Shown here: positions 61,503-64,000 of the stretch, in pieces
Position numbering within the stretch: the first letter of the stretch is position 1
How the letters are laid out: each line of letters opens with the position of its first letter
IMG/VR virus record: IMGVR_UViG_3300042359_000853
Coordinates: 1-64,000 of that record
Reading direction: 5' to 3' (one strand)
DNA length: 64,000 nt
The notes under the pieces: model-generated
Databases searched by the model: none
The model's input: the letters and a program-made list of their open reading frames with translations, nothing else
What the model was told of the DNA's origin: nothing
Program-made: the position numbers and the translations under genes

Positions 61503-62128
61503 AAATTGAAAAATTCTTTAAATTTTTTAAAGTGGAACTTAGTAAGATCTACACGATGTTGATTTGAACTAATTTTGTAGGTGTAATGGATGTTTAATAC
61601 ATTCTCAGAAAATATCTCATCACCATAATACATAGAGTTTAACACCGAATCTACTACATTGATTTCCAAACTGTTATCATATATTTCATCATTAACATAG
61701 TATTGTTCATATGAAGGATATATAGCCGTAGAACCATATTTATAATAGATATTCTCAAAAAAAGATTCATATTTTTTTGGTATTCCTATCAATCCACAAT
61801 TGTACTTAAACTTACTATTGAAAGTAAAGTTTTCCTCGGTGAAACCTCTATCATAAGTCATATTTAAAAATTCTTTATTGAACATTTTTTCAAGATTGTA
61901 CAATTTAGTTGGAACTAAATCCAAATCCCAACATAGTATAAAGTCATCATTGACTAATCTATGACAAAACAACTTCAACCAAGACGGATGTAATCCGTAT
62001 ATGTTTTGAGAAATATTTTGTTCAAGAATAAATAAATTAATGTTGTTAAAATCACACAACTTTTCAATAAGAGGTAAAGTATATTTATCATATACTGTAT
62101 TTCCGACATTTATTAAAAAAATAGTCAT
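61499..62128 (-). CDS. GT-A-fold glycosyltransferase
   Basis: PSWLKL..WDLD..YNCGLI..EQYYVN..IHY. Confidence 0.6.
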   Translation of the reverse strand: MTIFLINVGNTVYDKYTLPLIEKLCDFNNINLFILEQNISQNIYGLHPSWLKLFCHRLVNDDFILCWDLDLVPTKLYNLEKMFNKEFLNMTYDRGFTEENFTFNSKFKYNCGLIGIPKKYESFFENIYYKYGSTAIYPSYEQYYVNDEIYDNSLEINVVDSVLNSMYYGDEIFSENVLNIHYTYKISSNQHRVDLTKFHFKKFKEFFNL

Positions 62129-62141
62129 ATTCTTGTTTTTT

Positions 62142-62447
62142 TTATTGAATCTCTTCGATTCTCAAATTTTTATCATCAATAAATATGTCGTAGTATGGTT
62201 TATCGACTCTCAAATCGTGGTGCTTAGCTCCCCACTCAACAAGTTGTTTCTTTGTTAGATCATACCAATCTATCCCAGATCTACTGCCTCTAGCAGTCCA
62301 ATATACAATCCTATTACCTTTATCATACAGATCGTTTATTTTATTTATGTTTTCTCTAATTGGAGTCGACTGTTCATAAACTCTTGGATTATCAGGGGTT
62401 ATACATATTGTTTCATCAATATCGACATAGATTACTTTTTTATTCAT
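62142..62447 (-). CDS. HAD-superfamily phosphatase (capsule-biosynthesis type)
   Basis: YVDIDETIC, VYWTARG, KPYYDIFIDDK. Confidence 0.85.
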   Translation of the reverse strand: MNKKVIYVDIDETICITPDNPRVYEQSTPIRENINKINDLYDKGNRIVYWTARGSRSGIDWYDLTKKQLVEWGAKHHDLRVDKPYYDIFIDDKNLRIEEIQ

Positions 62448-62450
62448 ATT

Positions 62451-63065
62451 TCAACTAATTAATTTTTTATTAGAGCACATAATATTACAATATCTCCAGT
62501 CATCACCAAAGTTTTCCAATTTTTCTTCACCATTTATATGAAAATCATCGAAACCATGATTTACTAGAATTGATGCCAATTCTTCAAGATTGCTTCCTGC
62601 TTCTCTCAGACCAATTCCATATTCAAATTGAACATACTTCGTTTTGGATAAAAAATCTCCAAAACCTCTTAAAACTTTGGTTTCAAATCCCTCAACATCT
62701 ATTTTTATAAAATCAATGTATTCAATACCTTTCTCGAGGCAGTAATTCAAACCCGTTCTAACTTCGGTTTCTGTTTGAGTTACAATATCTGACATATTTT
62801 CTCTTCTATAAAGAGAACCCTCTTTGTAGAGTTTGAGTATACATGGTTTATCGGATAGGGCAAAATTATTCAAGTAATATTCTTTGTTCTTGATATTTCT
62901 TCTCATACTGTTAGAATGAGAGATATAGTTAGGTTCAAAGTAGTGGCAAATTATATCTGGTTCTTCAAAGAAAATTGAATCATCTGCCACACCGATATCA
63001 AAAACAATTTTGCAATTATTTTTAATTTTTTGGAAATAAATTTTTTCGTAATCCTCTATTGTCAT
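62451..63065 (-). CDS. FkbM-family methyltransferase
   Basis: VFDIG, FEP, IDFIKIDVEGFE..VQFEYG. Confidence 0.85.
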   Translation of the reverse strand: MTIEDYEKIYFQKIKNNCKIVFDIGVADDSIFFEEPDIICHYFEPNYISHSNSMRRNIKNKEYYLNNFALSDKPCILKLYKEGSLYRRENMSDIVTQTETEVRTGLNYCLEKGIEYIDFIKIDVEGFETKVLRGFGDFLSKTKYVQFEYGIGLREAGSNLEELASILVNHGFDDFHINGEEKLENFGDDWRYCNIMCSNKKLIS

Positions 63066-63079
63066 AATTTTATCTAATT

Positions 63080-63754
63080 TTATTTTTGTAAGATTTGTCT
63101 GTATTTCTCTTTTTCATCATTTAAGATTTTCTTAACTTCATCTTTGCCTAAAAAACATATATTTTTGTGATCTTCTTTGAATATCATAGCTGATTTTTCA
63201 CAAATTTCTGTTTTCACTAAACATTCCTCAATTGTTTTACCCCAAGTTATTATGCCGTGATTCTTGAGTAAGATTATTTTGGGATCTGTATTATGTATCT
63301 CAACAAACTTATCAAATTCCTTTTCTATTGCTTGACATAATTCATCACCTGGGTGAAAATAATTAACCAAACATGATTTCATTCCATTGAAAACAACTTG
63401 ATCAGGAAAAAATCTATAGTTAGCAAAAGTAGAAGATAAGTTTCTACATAAAATTCGCATAGTATGTGATGGGTGTGTATGTGCCACAAAGTTACATCCT
63501 GTTTTTCTCAAAATTAGAGAATGAAAAGGTGCCTCCATACTAGCTCTTAATTCTGAGTTTCTTGGAATGCAATCCCAGGAGCATTCTACTAAATCTTTAT
63601 CTTTTAATGTCTCCATCCTTCTACCAGAAGCTTTAATCAAAAAAGTTTCATCAGAAAATCTTGCCGATACATTGCCCTCATATCCTACAACAAACGGGCT
63701 ATGACTCTTTGCTAATTTCAAAAGACTAGTTTTAATATTATTTTTATCTACCAT
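63080..63754 (-). CDS. Class II aldolase/adducin-family protein
   Basis: EGNVSAR, SMEAPFH, VAHTHP, ILLKNHGIITWG. Confidence 0.88.
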   Translation of the reverse strand: MVDKNNIKTSLLKLAKSHSPFVVGYEGNVSARFSDETFLIKASGRRMETLKDKDLVECSWDCIPRNSELRASMEAPFHSLILRKTGCNFVAHTHPSHTMRILCRNLSSTFANYRFFPDQVVFNGMKSCLVNYFHPGDELCQAIEKEFDKFVEIHNTDPKIILLKNHGIITWGKTIEECLVKTEICEKSAMIFKEDHKNICFLGKDEVKKILNDEKEKYRQILQK

Positions 63755-64000
63755 CTTGATAATCTGAAACTTCTATTTGAATTAAATTTAAAATTTTGAC
63801 AAATTCTTAAATATTCATCCTGTAAATAACCTTCTAGACCATTATTACTGAGTGGCAGAAGACCACCTCCGTGTGTTATATGTATAAACTGATAGAAAGG
63901 AAGACATTTGAAATATCCACATTCAACCGGAGTAGGGCAATACATTTTGTATATGGAGAATTTTTGTGAATATACTTGGGTCTCGAATTTTTCGATTGTT
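63748..64000 (-). CDS. C-terminal part of an ORF running off the window edge
   Basis: Frame of 63748..63945 stays open to the window end (TIEKFETQVYSQKF..). Confidence 0.6.
   Translation of the reverse strand, partial: TIEKFETQVYSQKFSIYKMYCPTPVECGYFKCLPFYQFIHITHGGGLLPLSNNGLEGYLQDEYLRICQNFKFNSNRSFRLSRW

Overview
AT-rich, gene-dense 64 kb segment of what is most likely a T4-like jumbo phage of a Bacteroidota host. Phage evidence: gp32-like SSB, gp13-like neck protein, gp26/gp51-like baseplate or tail-assembly pair, gp62-like clamp-loader subunit, T4-RNase-H-like 5'-3' exonuclease, class Ia nrdB and a free-standing homing-endonuclease-like gene. Host evidence: TAnnTTTG promoter boxes before several small genes, A-rich translation starts without Shine-Dalgarno sites, and a protein with a T9SS-type C-terminal domain. 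The window also carries host-like genes (dnaK, dnaJ, grpE, hsp20, infC, nusG, purA, uvsE) and two glycosylation islands (about 28.3-34.6 kb and 56-64 kb), one with an autotransporter-heptosyltransferase-like domain. The most notable unexplained patterns are: (1) a recurring unit of an ATATATA box, a 4-7 nt gap and an N-terminal MKxxKxF/YxE-type peptide on about 10 unrelated proteins, including an ADP-ribosyltransferase-like protein flanked by direct repeats; (2) a C-terminal R-D/E-x-K-I-x-x-I-L tag on about 10 small unrelated ORFs; (3) an uncalled 26-aa Pro/Lys/Ala micro-ORF; (4) a possible structured intergenic RNA; (5) a convergent methyltransferase/nuclease pair. I saw no tRNA, rRNA, CRISPR array, integrase or reverse transcriptase. 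All product calls come from motif recognition by eye; no database searches were run.
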